Source: a virus. From it: a stretch of DNA of 64,000 bases. The notes under the pieces are model-generated. The model searched no databases, was not told where the DNA came from, and saw only the letters and a list, made by a program, of their open reading frames with translations. Positions 41,495-51,240 of the stretch are shown here, piece after piece; position 1 is the stretch's first letter; each line of letters begins with the position of its first letter. Location of the stretch: the IMG/VR virus record IMGVR_UViG_3300036668_000241, positions 1 through 64,000 of that record, one strand, 5' to 3'. Position numbers and translations under genes: made by a program.

Positions 41495-41656
41495 TTACAG
41501 TCTTGTTATTTTTCCGCTTGGAATAGCGTTTAAGTTCTCTAGGTTGCATATCCCGCACCACAGGTTGTTTGTTATTTTGGAATATTTCGCGTTCTCTGTT
41601 TCTCTTTGATCTACTAAAACGCCACAAGAATCGCACAGGTCTTCTGTTATTGACAT
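41495..41656 (-). CDS. Small CxxC...CxxC protein (53 aa)
   Basis: MSITEDLCDSCG...LWCGICN..., with AAGGAG upstream; more plausible than track ORF 41478..41693. Confidence 0.6.
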   Translation of the reverse strand: MSITEDLCDSCGVLVDQRETENAKYSKITNNLWCGICNLENLNAIPSGKITRL

Positions 41657-41664
41657 ACCCGGAC

Positions 41665-42252
41665 TTACTCCTTTGTTTCATACTTCTCTTCAATATAATC
41701 TACTAAAGATAATTCTTCTTGGTCGGTAGGTTTTAACTGTAGGTACAGCTCATGGAGTATAGGAAATCCATCTACTCCCGTAAATGTTTCGTACCCCGCC
41801 AAAGAGAAATAAAGTTTCTGAATAAGATCTTTACTTGCCTCATTCTGTTCTTGAATAGGAGCTTCTACTTCTTCAAGACCTAGAATATTAAAAGCATACT
41901 CTACAGTCAAAGCAACAGCCGTACTTGCAATTCCTTTATTTCTATGCGACTCGTCAATCCAATAACTAATGTAGCAATGGTTTTTTGTTATATTCCACAA
42001 AGTTACTTCACCTACGGGTGCAGCTTTATGATAGACACCAAAAGGAATCTTAGGTTTTTTAACCGTTTCAATTATTTGATATGGAGATATTGAATCCAAG
42101 TTTTTTTCCCGCAGAGCAGCAAACATCATTGAATCGTTCAGAGATAAAGTATTGACGAATACTGTGCCAAAGTTTAAATGTGCTGGCTCTATCTTATATT
42201 CTTCGTCCAAGTCTCGAATTCTAATGTTAGATGTGGGCATGTCCATGTTCAA
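41665..42252 (-). CDS. GNAT acetyltransferase, RimJ/RimL-like
   Basis: ISYWIDESHRNKGIASTAV...AFNILGLEEVEA...NEAS. Confidence 0.8.
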   Translation of the reverse strand: MNMDMPTSNIRIRDLDEEYKIEPAHLNFGTVFVNTLSLNDSMMFAALREKNLDSISPYQIIETVKKPKIPFGVYHKAAPVGEVTLWNITKNHCYISYWIDESHRNKGIASTAVALTVEYAFNILGLEEVEAPIQEQNEASKDLIQKLYFSLAGYETFTGVDGFPILHELYLQLKPTDQEELSLVDYIEEKYETKE

Positions 42253-42460
42253 TTTCTTTCATCTTTATATATAAACTGTTCAGGCAGTCAAGTGAACATG
42301 CGTGACTATCTATTGAAGATTGTCCTTCTTGCTGACCCTGCCAAGTAGCAACAGATATCCAGTTCTTTCTTGGAAAGTCTTCTAAGTTAGTTCCATCAAC
42401 AGTTGCGTCTGCATCTACGGCTCCGCAACCATCGCAGACAACTCCAACAATATATGTCAT
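42227..42460 (-). CDS. Small zinc-finger protein
   Basis: CDGCG...HACSLDCL; likely start MTYIVG at 42460. Confidence 0.6.
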   Translation of the reverse strand: MTYIVGVVCDGCGAVDADATVDGTNLEDFPRKNWISVATWQGQQEGQSSIDSHACSLDCLNSLYIKMKEIEHGHAHI

Positions 42461-42500
42461 TACAGTCCCTTCGTTATGTAGTAGTAGCAAAACTCTACCA

Positions 42501-42680
42501 CTAACCTCCGTTAGAGTAAAACCCTCGGCCTTTAAACATGACAACAGTATTGTCAAACTTTCTTTTTAGTTTCTTAGCGCAGTCAGGTTTCGGGCAAGTA
42601 GTTCTTTGTTGAGGATCTGAGATCCCTCTAGTCTCGATATAAGGATGTCCAATCTCGCATACATATGAATATGTAGGCAT
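42501..42680 (-). CDS. FmdB-family zinc-ribbon protein (59 aa)
   Basis: Below track cutoff: MPTYSYVCEIGH...TCPKPDC...FKGRGFYS. Confidence 0.75.
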   Translation of the reverse strand: MPTYSYVCEIGHPYIETRGISDPQQRTTCPKPDCAKKLKRKFDNTVVMFKGRGFYSNGG

Positions 42681-42814
42681 TAGATATGATGTCCTTCTAT
42701 TTCGTTGGGAGCCTGCTTTAGTGGAGAGGTAGAGTATTCACATCTCATACAGATGTCTATACCTCTCCACACCTCAATGTCGTGACCTTGAGCGCAAGGA
42801 TTTTCTTTAGGCAT
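42680..42814 (-). CDS. Small hypothetical protein (44 aa)
   Basis: MPKENPCAQGH...CMRC; overlaps the nrdJ stop and the next start. Confidence 0.5.
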   Translation of the reverse strand: MPKENPCAQGHDIEVWRGIDICMRCEYSTSPLKQAPNEIEGHHI

Positions 42815-45800
42815 TTTTCTTTTCTTTAGCAATATCCGTAATCATTCTAACCTCGCAACTATCCGTGCTACAGAAAGCTTCTCCGATAGCATCAGATGCC
42901 ATACCTGCGTAGACTCCCGCAAAGTCAATCTGAAAGAGTTTCATTGTGTAGTCGTTATACTCTTCCTCAGTGATTTGACCGTAGGGCATCTGGGGATAAG
43001 TATCGTTTCCTTGGGGTAGGAATGAAACTGTCTTCATCTGACCGTCATACATATGAAGAACAGATCCGACATGCTTGCTTTCTGTCTCTGCATTAAACGA
43101 AATCGTAACACTAACAGAGTTGTCAGACCAGTATCGCTGTGCTTGTGCTGCTAGTGCCATTTTCTCGAAGATGGTAACTTCTTTGTCAGACCTAGATGAG
43201 TTTGAAGCAATTGGAAAGTAAACAACGGAGGTAGTGTCTGGAGATTCGAACGCTGGTTCGACCCGGTAATTAGCCATCTTGAATAGAGGAAGCATCGGAT
43301 CACTGTTAGCGAAGCGAATCGTGCGCAGAAAATACTTACCACCGGGAGTCCAATGTACACCAGGGGACTCACCAGCAAGAATAGAAACTGTTCCCGAAGG
43401 CTTAACGGTTGTTGTTTTAATCGACTCCCGAATCCCAAGCCATTCCGAGTAGATGGTGTCGTAATATTTGATAGTTCCGTATCCTTCATCCATCCATGTT
43501 CTCAGAGTTGGGAGACCCTGATTATCTGCAAAGTCTGCTACGCCCGACATTGACGCTCCAATACGACGGTTACGCTGCATGATTGCGTTGGTCTCTTCCC
43601 AGTGGGTGGGGAGGAGAGTGACAGTCTTAGCGTAGAGATAAGCAAACTTTAAAGTGCGCTTGTAGTCTTCTAGAGTGTCGTGCCGATTTAGGTAAGTCTC
43701 TACAAGGGTGCACATCTCGAAGGACTCAAGAGATTGTTCGGCGCAATTGTGAACGTACAGCCCATTGGCATCAAAAGCGTGAACTTTCTCTACGGTGACA
43801 TCATAAACCGATGCAGTTCCAAAAGGAGTCAATGACTTGAACGTTGCATAAAATGGCTTAGTGTATACGGCCTTGCTTCGGAGACTGTTGATACGAAACC
43901 ACTTATCACTCTTCTCTAAATCACAAAAGCCGATGCGATCCATATACCTATGAGCACTCTGCGCTGAAATCATTAGTCGCCAAGTTGCCTTGGTAGCATA
44001 AATTTGATAGTCGCCTGTGCCATTATTCTTTGGTAGAGACATTTCGCCTGCGGTTCGGTTCATTGCTACGGTTGATTGAATGCCTAACCGCAAGAGCATA
44101 CGCTGGACCCGCTTAAGTTGCTCTTTATCAGACTGATGTAGACGAATACTTACGCCCTTCTCTAGGTTTCCTTCTACTGAACCGTCAGCATCAAATGCGC
44201 CACGGAGGAACCCGACGTAAAACTCTGAAGACATCTGCTCAAGATCGTCTGTAATCTTCTTAGATCCCGGGCTCATACCTACAGAGTCAGCAAGATGTGC
44301 AATAGATGCACTCTTCAATCTATACTCATTCCGTCCCGGAACTTCCATAAATCCCTGCCAGTCAGACCTGTGTGAAAGTGTAGATGCTGCTGTAAAGACT
44401 GCTTCTTTGACCTCTGGGTGGTCGCCCCAGACACTTAGCACAGCACTTTTATTGTTGAAAGTTCCGTCTCCCCAGAGTTGACCAATAAGATATCCCTCTT
44501 GTTCGGAGCCAGCACCTCCCCACACACTTAATGTTCCATGATCGTGCAGGACAATCTTATCTTCGTGAGTAAGATTTCCCGCTTCTACCCACCCACGTTG
44601 GGTCATCACTTGGTGGTTGTCTGTGATCCTAAGTGTGTGTCCCTCTACCGTTGTCAAATCAAAGACCTGACGATCATGGTCTGTAAGGAAGAATCCATCT
44701 GACTCGGTTCGATACTTCTCTCCATCTACAATCGCTACGAACGGGGTGCCAACCAAGTCGCGCACCTGCCTCGGACCATCTTCAGTCAATACCCACGAAT
44801 CATCAGTGATGCAAGGGTTGTAGCCTACGACGCGATGATCTTTGTTATTTGGTGCATCTGCAAGACGACCGTACGCACGCGACACATCCATCCACAAAAC
44901 TCCGGGCTCACCGTTGCGAACTACTCCATCAAGAATTGGAGATAAGTCTTCTCCAACTTTTACATCTACTGAGTTGTTAGACATCCAGCCAAACTCTTGA
45001 CGATCTGCTGCAGGTCCAGGAGTGAACTTACCTTTGTCATCATAGGTTCCATAATTCTTGAGGTTCAAAAACTCTTCGTCATCAATAGAACCAATGAGAA
45101 GTTCGGCTGAGCGACGCACGTTACCTGAGACAACGCAGACGCCAATCATATTTCCAATATTGGCAATGTCTGTTCGAGTTACCATTTCGCCACCTCTACC
45201 ACTAAACAACTTAGTAATATGGTTGTGTAGTTTTTCTAATGGCTGATGTCCCGCTGCGGTCCCACCAAAAATCTTAATTGGTACGCCTGCAGGACGGATT
45301 AATGAGTAGTCAAACTTCACTGATTTTTGATCTGACTTAAGGTAAGAGTTAATTTGCATGGTCAAAGATTCAACCCAACCCTCTCGGGTATCAGGAATCT
45401 CATATACAACTGACTCTTCTAATGGATTGTAGATATTGAAGTTTTTGTCAGCACCCTTATTGTCGAAACCAACGCCAACGCCAAGCATGGAAGCTTCCAT
45501 AAGATATGCAAATGGTTTTGCTGGATTGTTCTTGGTCATTTCCATGCTACTAACAAAGGCACAGTTTTGAAGGGCTGCGCTATTGCGCTGCTCATTTACA
45601 AGACGAGTTCCCATAACCCAAAGACCTCTGCCAGGTGGAGTCCACTTCAGATTAAAGAGACGGTCAAAACCTTCTTTGGCTGATGATTGAGCCTTCTGGT
45701 CATTCCACGGTAAACGATTAGTTTTGCAGTGATCTTTTTGAAGAGAGTACATGCCATTGATGACACGCTCACATACATCTGTCCACGTCTCTTTAGTGCC

Positions 45801-45947
45801 GTCTTCTTTGATCCTTGAGTAAGTTCTTAAGAATGTAATTTCCCCAACAGAGTTGCCTCCTGCGTCTCTATAACCAAACGGTGCTTTCTTATCTGCATAA
45901 GTAGCAACAAAGTCTTCAGAAAGCCGAAAAGAAAATAAAAGTGACAC
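42807..45947 (-). CDS. nrdJ: Class II (adenosylcobalamin) ribonucleotide reductase, monomeric type, intein-containing
   Basis: PPGRGLW, NCAF, GNVRRSA, NP|CAEQ, TVKPSGT, C-terminal CSTDSC. Confidence 0.92.
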   Translation of the reverse strand: MSLLFSFRLSEDFVATYADKKAPFGYRDAGGNSVGEITFLRTYSRIKEDGTKETWTDVCERVINGMYSLQKDHCKTNRLPWNDQKAQSSAKEGFDRLFNLKWTPPGRGLWVMGTRLVNEQRNSAALQNCAFVSSMEMTKNNPAKPFAYLMEASMLGVGVGFDNKGADKNFNIYNPLEESVVYEIPDTREGWVESLTMQINSYLKSDQKSVKFDYSLIRPAGVPIKIFGGTAAGHQPLEKLHNHITKLFSGRGGEMVTRTDIANIGNMIGVCVVSGNVRRSAELLIGSIDDEEFLNLKNYGTYDDKGKFTPGPAADRQEFGWMSNNSVDVKVGEDLSPILDGVVRNGEPGVLWMDVSRAYGRLADAPNNKDHRVVGYNPCITDDSWVLTEDGPRQVRDLVGTPFVAIVDGEKYRTESDGFFLTDHDRQVFDLTTVEGHTLRITDNHQVMTQRGWVEAGNLTHEDKIVLHDHGTLSVWGGAGSEQEGYLIGQLWGDGTFNNKSAVLSVWGDHPEVKEAVFTAASTLSHRSDWQGFMEVPGRNEYRLKSASIAHLADSVGMSPGSKKITDDLEQMSSEFYVGFLRGAFDADGSVEGNLEKGVSIRLHQSDKEQLKRVQRMLLRLGIQSTVAMNRTAGEMSLPKNNGTGDYQIYATKATWRLMISAQSAHRYMDRIGFCDLEKSDKWFRINSLRSKAVYTKPFYATFKSLTPFGTASVYDVTVEKVHAFDANGLYVHNCAEQSLESFEMCTLVETYLNRHDTLEDYKRTLKFAYLYAKTVTLLPTHWEETNAIMQRNRRIGASMSGVADFADNQGLPTLRTWMDEGYGTIKYYDTIYSEWLGIRESIKTTTVKPSGTVSILAGESPGVHWTPGGKYFLRTIRFANSDPMLPLFKMANYRVEPAFESPDTTSVVYFPIASNSSRSDKEVTIFEKMALAAQAQRYWSDNSVSVTISFNAETESKHVGSVLHMYDGQMKTVSFLPQGNDTYPQMPYGQITEEEYNDYTMKLFQIDFAGVYAGMASDAIGEAFCSTDSCEVRMITDIAKEKKNA
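43746..44813 (-). mobile_element. Intein (356 aa) with LAGLIDADG homing endonuclease
   Basis: Begins CITDDSWV after GYNP, ends VYDVTV...LYVHN before Cys. Internal YLIGQLWGDG and FLRGAFDADG. Confidence 0.92.
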
Positions 45948-45999
45948 AAAGCCTGCCTTAAATAGTTAGTGGTTGTTGGGTTACTAGAGTACTAGAAGC

Positions 46000-46236
46000 C
46001 TAGAACAGTTTGTCTTGAGACGCAGTATCTGTAGTATCGGGAATTACATTATCTCTATAGAGAACTAAAAGTCGAGCTCGTTCCATCCCTTGAATGTACT
46101 CGCTTGAAAAATCATTTTCTCTATATTTTGCAATGTGTTTTTCTAAATCTATTACTACTTTGTTTCTACATTCGCTTTCTAGTTGGTTTTTAGCTAGCTC
46201 ATATTCCGACCAACGTACGGCTGTATTTTCACACAT
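46000..46236 (-). CDS. Hypothetical protein
   Basis: 78-aa ORF with RBS GGAG. Confidence 0.55.
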   Translation of the reverse strand: MCENTAVRWSEYELAKNQLESECRNKVVIDLEKHIAKYRENDFSSEYIQGMERARLLVLYRDNVIPDTTDTASQDKLF

Positions 46237-46264
46237 AAATGCTCCAAATCTTTATTCTATAAGT

Positions 46265-46768
46265 TCATACCGTACGAAACTTTATATAACATTTGTGAGG
46301 TTCAGGAGATATGCAGTAGTCCTCGTAGTTACATTCACCGCATGAAGTTCGTTCTGCATACGACTTGTCCAACTTTACTGCCATAGATAGGTGTCCGTCA
46401 ATAAGAGTATCGTCAGAAGTTTTTAGATCTTCAAGCTGTGCAACAAACTCTTTTAGATCTGCGTAGGTAGACATGTCTCCCAGAGACACATGAATGACAG
46501 TTCTAGAGTTAAAACCGTTAGGTATTGCTTTGACGTCTATAGAAGCTTTAAGACAGTCTTCATAATTGTTTGAGCCAAACGCTCCCATTTCTTCTAACGT
46601 CTCAATAGTAAAAGCTACGTCTTCAAAAACCATAGCAATTTGACTGTCTTTAACATTTATGTCAAGTTCTAGATTGTAACCTTTGGCATCTAGGTCATGA
46701 CCATGCTTCTTCATTGTTTTTCTAGTTACTTCATAGGCATAGTTATTAAAATTCTTCATTAATATCAT
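46265..46768 (-). CDS. Hypothetical protein
   Basis: 167-aa co-oriented ORF with a Cys-rich C-terminus. Confidence 0.6.
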   Translation of the reverse strand: MILMKNFNNYAYEVTRKTMKKHGHDLDAKGYNLELDINVKDSQIAMVFEDVAFTIETLEEMGAFGSNNYEDCLKASIDVKAIPNGFNSRTVIHVSLGDMSTYADLKEFVAQLEDLKTSDDTLIDGHLSMAVKLDKSYAERTSCGECNYEDYCISPEPHKCYIKFRTV

Positions 46769-47018
46769 CTCTTTTCTGTTTGTTTAAATCTTTTTTATCT
46801 CGATCGGTAATTTCTTGCAGTAATCTATCGTCTACATAATCTGGAACATAGTTTCCTTTTTTTCTATGTGCTTTTATATGTTCAAGCATCTCTTCCTCCG
46901 TATCCGATATAAAAGATTCGAAGAGTTCTTCAGACAAAGAGCACGCGCAACACTCGAATTTATTTTTAAAAGTTCCAAAGATATAAACATCCGCCTCAAC
47001 GAATCTACAGTAGCTCAT
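46746..47018 (-). CDS. Hypothetical phage protein
   Basis: MSYCRF..DVYI..ECCAC..MLEHIKAHR. Confidence 0.65.
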   Translation of the reverse strand: MSYCRFVEADVYIFGTFKNKFECCACSLSEELFESFISDTEEEMLEHIKAHRKKGNYVPDYVDDRLLQEITDRDKKDLNKQKRDDINEEF

Positions 47019-47074
47019 ATCTAACGTTCCTTCTTCCAGGTTAATTAACTAATTAATTATAACTCCAGTTATAC

Positions 47075-47479
47075 TTAATTTGATAGTTGATAGTTCTGCT
47101 CTTTCTCTTTCTCTTTCTCTTTTATCATAGATTTATGGCACGGGGCGCATAGTATTTGTAAATTGTCTTGATGGTTTAGACATGTCATATATAAAGGATT
47201 AAATCCACTAAGTGTTTCGAGGTGTTGAACCACAAGGTTTCTAGTTTTTGTTCTAGTTCTCCTGCAGATATTACATACAGGAACGTCAACAATACGAAAT
47301 TTAGCTTGCCTAGCTTCTTTCGGACTATGGTTGTTGTACCAATCTATTCGACATTTAGGAGAGCAGTACACTCTATTCTTTCCAGGATTATCCTTGCCAC
47401 AGGTTGGACACCCAGTTTCATGATGTTCTTCTACCATTTTAAATCCTTTTCTGTAGTGCTCAACGGTACGCCACACCAT
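47075..47479 (-). CDS. HNH-like endonuclease with N-terminal zinc finger
   Basis: CPTC...CSPKC, CNIC...QH...NLQILCAPCH. Confidence 0.7.
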   Translation of the reverse strand: MVWRTVEHYRKGFKMVEEHHETGCPTCGKDNPGKNRVYCSPKCRIDWYNNHSPKEARQAKFRIVDVPVCNICRRTRTKTRNLVVQHLETLSGFNPLYMTCLNHQDNLQILCAPCHKSMIKEKEKEKEQNYQLSN

Positions 47480-47522
47480 GCCCGATAGGGCATATTCTGG
47501 CGTACTATTCTAGTTAGGTTTA

Positions 47523-47804
47523 TCATTCCACTTTTACCCATCTAATCGCGGTTTCAATACGAACTCGTCGCACTAAATCACCATCAGGATCTTGTCGTAA
47601 GTTTCCATCTTCATTGACGCAGTAACCCCAAATGTTTTCAACGATGTCTAGGCACCGTACACGCTCAGTCTCAACAGCAGCCTTGATAGCGGCAGCGTGA
47701 TCTTCATGCCTCACCCATAAACCTTTGTTTGAAGACTCGCCCTCGTACAAGTCCATCTTATAACGCGGAATGTCGCTCATCACTTCACCTCCGGTGGGTC
47801 GCAT
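47523..47804 (-). CDS. Hypothetical protein
   Basis: Likely start MSDIPRY at 47780 after GGAGGTG. Confidence 0.6.
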   Translation of the reverse strand: MRPTGGEVMSDIPRYKMDLYEGESSNKGLWVRHEDHAAAIKAAVETERVRCLDIVENIWGYCVNEDGNLRQDPDGDLVRRVRIETAIRWVKVE

Positions 47805-49204
47805 CGTTCTATGTGAGTAATGTCTTCGTTTACTCCGTGATCATCACTTATCAGAGAATACATCCCTGCAGCAAGTTCACCTTGTTGATTCGTATTGTAA
47901 ATAGCCCAAGGCCCAAAGGGTGTGTCATACCACTTTCCCTTTACCCATTCATGCTCAACGAGGGTCGGGATTAGTTCGGCGGGGGTCGGTGCGACGTAGA
48001 GGGTGAGTGTTCTAGAATCGCATTGACTCTGCCCACCCTTATCCCACGCCACCCAAAACTCATCAACTTGATCGTCATATGTTTCAATGGAAGTTACTGT
48101 CCCGATGAACATATCATTCCGTACCCGATCCCCAACCTTGAACTTAGGCTCAGGTGTAGGTGGGATGTAGAGGTCAAGACGAGAGGCACTTACGCGTGTT
48201 ACCGGCATCCCTGTCGTTGTGCAGACATCGTATGACCAGTCACTTGCGACGCTGCTGCTACCCAATATTCCGGTGATGACCAAGATTTCGCAGTGCTCAT
48301 CTAGCAGCACCCGATCCCCCAAGTTAAACTTTGGCTTAGATGTCAGTGATTTCTTGACGTAACCACCTGAGCAGCCACACGAGGTAATTTCTGGTAGGAC
48401 GTACAGGGTTAGATCGTCTTCATTTATACGCCAGTTTTCGTTTGAGTAGTACCATTGATCGGATTCATTAACGTATTCGGCTTTAGTAATTTCCCAAAAA
48501 AGATGACCTGAGAATGGGTCTACCACGGGATCTCCAACTTTGAATTTTGGTTTCGGGGACATCTTTACTTCACCTTTAAACTCTCGTTTCGGGTAGATCG
48601 TTACTCCACCTTTTGAGCCGACGTTCGCCAACGTTACTATTGTGTCGTCTAACAGATACGCTTTTGATGTGTGATCATCTTCAACTGTGACCTTGAACAT
48701 CTGATTGGCTGCAGAGTGATAAATAATAATTCCTTCTGGTCTATCAAACCCTCGAGCTGCTACGCTGCCCTGATATTTAAATGACTGGATGCAGTCTTTT
48801 GCAGCGTCTGTGTGAAACGGACCTTCGTACAAAGTAGGAACTACAGTAAGCCCGTATTCAGTGAGACCGACATCCTTCCAACGCTTCACATTAAATAGTG
48901 AAAACCTTCGTTCTCCTTGTAATAGTCCGTATCCTCGTTGGATTCCATGCCCCCACCATTCACCAAAGTGAAGTCCAGGTCCCAGCGTTGAAATGAGTTC
49001 TAGTTTGTTTTTGCTAACCCATGCAGCAAACCCAAAGTTGTCTTCCTCAAGAGTGATAACTTTTTTACGGGATTGAGCGTAGATATCCCCATCTACGGTA
49101 ATTCCGATGGCTGCATTAGTTCCATCAATTTTTTCCGTGATAACTATGTCTCGGTTGAGACGTGGAATCTTTGGGAAAGCGTTAAATTCAATTAAATTTG
49201 TCAT
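47780..49204 (-). CDS. Rnl2-like RNA ligase fused to three KFxxGD (SH3/Tudor-like) repeats
   Basis: Adenylation motif ITEKIDGTNA, FGEWWG, PEGII, MFK; then PKFKVGD / PKFNLGD / PKFKVGD repeats. Confidence 0.8.
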   Translation of the reverse strand: MTNLIEFNAFPKIPRLNRDIVITEKIDGTNAAIGITVDGDIYAQSRKKVITLEEDNFGFAAWVSKNKLELISTLGPGLHFGEWWGHGIQRGYGLLQGERRFSLFNVKRWKDVGLTEYGLTVVPTLYEGPFHTDAAKDCIQSFKYQGSVAARGFDRPEGIIIYHSAANQMFKVTVEDDHTSKAYLLDDTIVTLANVGSKGGVTIYPKREFKGEVKMSPKPKFKVGDPVVDPFSGHLFWEITKAEYVNESDQWYYSNENWRINEDDLTLYVLPEITSCGCSGGYVKKSLTSKPKFNLGDRVLLDEHCEILVITGILGSSSVASDWSYDVCTTTGMPVTRVSASRLDLYIPPTPEPKFKVGDRVRNDMFIGTVTSIETYDDQVDEFWVAWDKGGQSQCDSRTLTLYVAPTPAELIPTLVEHEWVKGKWYDTPFGPWAIYNTNQQGELAAGMYSLISDDHGVNEDITHIERCDPPEVK

Positions 49205-49261
49205 TGGGTTCCTTTTGTTTTTTTGTCTTTTGTCTTATCTGCTAGGTTCGGTAAAAATATA

Positions 49262-49708
49262 TCATACTAGAATTTTATATTCAAGTGCTTCTTTGATAAC
49301 TTCTGCTATGGCTCTGTCCCTATCTACATATGTGTCAAATGTTTCTAGGACTCTAGTGGCAAAATATACTCCCTGTCTTACTCCAAAGTCGATTGCTTGC
49401 TCTTCAGAATTGAATTGGGTGTCGGTCTGAGTTTTTGAGAACTCATATCCCTGCATGAATCCTTCGTCGTAGTCCACGTTGTTGTCTTTACTCGCGTCTA
49501 AGTCTTCTTTTTTATTTGTTCTACTTATTTTCATGTTTTCTTTTATTCGACGTTCGGTTTCAAGTAGTCCAACGTAGGACGTAGATTCAATAACTACTGC
49601 TATGCCATCGCTGGCAACTCTTTTTAATTCGATTAGCGCGTCTCGAGCGCCGTCTTCATACCCGCCGTAATATCCTTCGTCGTAATCCACGTTGCCATCT
49701 TTAATCAT
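49262..49708 (-). CDS. Hypothetical protein with duplicated NVDYDEG motif
   Basis: 148-aa ORF coupled to the upstream gene. Confidence 0.6.
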   Translation of the reverse strand: MIKDGNVDYDEGYYGGYEDGARDALIELKRVASDGIAVVIESTSYVGLLETERRIKENMKISRTNKKEDLDASKDNNVDYDEGFMQGYEFSKTQTDTQFNSEEQAIDFGVRQGVYFATRVLETFDTYVDRDRAIAEVIKEALEYKILV

Positions 49709-50133
49709 CTCAAGAAACCTTCTTTACGAGCCTTAGCTACCCAACGGGCAGAGGTACTGTGTGGTGCACCTGTTGCTTTAGAGATTGCTACTAAGGGACG
49801 TTCGTTTCGTGTTAGGGCATCAATATAGAAATGAGACAAGTTCTTAAGAAAGACATCATTAAGAGAGTTAGGACGGTCTAACGATGGACGAGTCTTAGCC
49901 GGTTGTGCGCTGGACCTGTTCTTGATAATTGTCTCTACTGCACCGAGTGGAAACTCTCGCAGATCATATGCAGACATTGACTTATTTACTTGCGTCTTAA
50001 ACTTTACCTCAGAGATTGAGCCTTTATTATCTGTAAGAATAGTAGCGGACCCCGTGAAGTTAGAATATTTAACCGTGTAGATATTCTTTTCTGTCTCTGA
50101 CTTCTTAACAGTTATTGTTTCTTGAAAACTCAT
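49705..50133 (-). CDS. C-terminal HTH DNA-binding protein
   Basis: PLVAISKATGAPHSTSARWVAKARKEGFL; own promoter TTGACA-18-TAGACT at 50211-50182. Confidence 0.65.
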   Translation of the reverse strand: MSFQETITVKKSETEKNIYTVKYSNFTGSATILTDNKGSISEVKFKTQVNKSMSAYDLREFPLGAVETIIKNRSSAQPAKTRPSLDRPNSLNDVFLKNLSHFYIDALTRNERPLVAISKATGAPHSTSARWVAKARKEGFLR

Positions 50134-50212
50134 TGTTTGTGCCCTTCGTCATAGATTAATTATCTTTATTGCTTAAGAGTAAGTCTAAACACATAACCGT
50201 TTACTTGTCAAC

Positions 50213-50869
50213 TTATTCTTCTATTGTTTCTGTGTAGTTAAGATTTTTACCACAGGGAGGACATAAAGTTTTAAGCCAGTGGCTCTGCGTAAGAACCTCT
50301 CCATGTAAACTTGAACAAACTTCACATGTGCGGGATGAAAGTTCTTCGTACTTTTCTACTATATTTGACATCTCTTCATATAGATTGCTTTGACGTAGAC
50401 CCTCTGGTTCATACGCCTTTAGTGTTGCTTCATGTTCTGCGCTATCAAAGTGCGGACAGTATTCTGTGTGAAACCACTCCGACAGTTTGTATTGCATCTC
50501 GATTGTTCTAAGGCTCCTATCCTCTTTAGTAAGATATGCAGGATTAACTGGGCCTCTGGCTGGCGCTAGGTTATCAATATCTTTGCAGCATTGATGCTCA
50601 GGGGATGGTAGTCCGAAATAATAGCGAAGGGTAGCGTATTTTTCCTTGACTTGGTGGATCTCGTAGTCTGGATATATGGCCGAAAGTTTTTTGTCGAGTT
50701 CTATTATTAAAGGGTACCAACCTTTGTTACATGAAATCCATTTTCCCCAGCCGTCGGGAATGCGATTAAGGATTACTAACAAATCCTCTGAGTATTCTCC
50801 TGCATCTTTTGGCAGGTGAACGGTATCTCTAAAAGATTTAACTTTTTCTTCTTCTTGATTATTTATCAT
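50213..50869 (-). CDS. Conserved-type phage hypothetical protein
   Basis: GWYPLI...QVKEKYATLRYY...SSRTCEVC...TLCPPC. Confidence 0.65.
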   Translation of the reverse strand: MINNQEEEKVKSFRDTVHLPKDAGEYSEDLLVILNRIPDGWGKWISCNKGWYPLIIELDKKLSAIYPDYEIHQVKEKYATLRYYFGLPSPEHQCCKDIDNLAPARGPVNPAYLTKEDRSLRTIEMQYKLSEWFHTEYCPHFDSAEHEATLKAYEPEGLRQSNLYEEMSNIVEKYEELSSRTCEVCSSLHGEVLTQSHWLKTLCPPCGKNLNYTETIEE

Positions 50870-51191
50870 TGTTGGTAATCCTTAACTCGGTTTCTATGTC
50901 ATATGGTCTAGCACAACAGCCGTCGCAACCGTGGACGGATTCAAACTCGTCCATAGATTTCTGATCGTCCGGGTCAGGATGACCAATACCGTGTGGGCAG
51001 ATGCGCTCCATTAGGGCTCTGTCGCTACGCCAGTTTTGGGGCCACGAGTCCATGTGGTGGTTGGAATTGTAATGGACCGGGCACCAGTAACCTCTGCAAC
51101 GTCCTATGGCGTGAGCGATAATTTTCTGGCCACCTACCAGTATTGATGGCTCCAGCGCATTCATATCGTAGTAGGTCTCGTCCTTGCTCAT
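50859..51191 (-). CDS. Cys/His-rich actinophage-type protein
   Basis: CPVH..NHHM..W...MERICPHGIGHPDPD...HGCDGCC. Confidence 0.65.
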   Translation of the reverse strand: MSKDETYYDMNALEPSILVGGQKIIAHAIGRCRGYWCPVHYNSNHHMDSWPQNWRSDRALMERICPHGIGHPDPDDQKSMDEFESVHGCDGCCARPYDIETELRITNNDK

Positions 51192-51240
51192 TTTAATCCT
51201 ATCTAGTTTAAGTATTTAAACCTTACCACTAGATAGGACA

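Noticed and set aside
41478-41693. 71-aa basic ORF from the track
   Set aside because: It overlaps the GNAT gene and the tRNA remnant; a 53-aa CxxC ORF in another frame has a better RBS and composition.
42498-42510. 13-nt complementarity between the ncRNA 3' end (CCACTAACCTCCG) and the end of the FmdB-like gene
   Set aside because: A single short match, mostly sequestered in the terminator stem; cannot be separated from chance.
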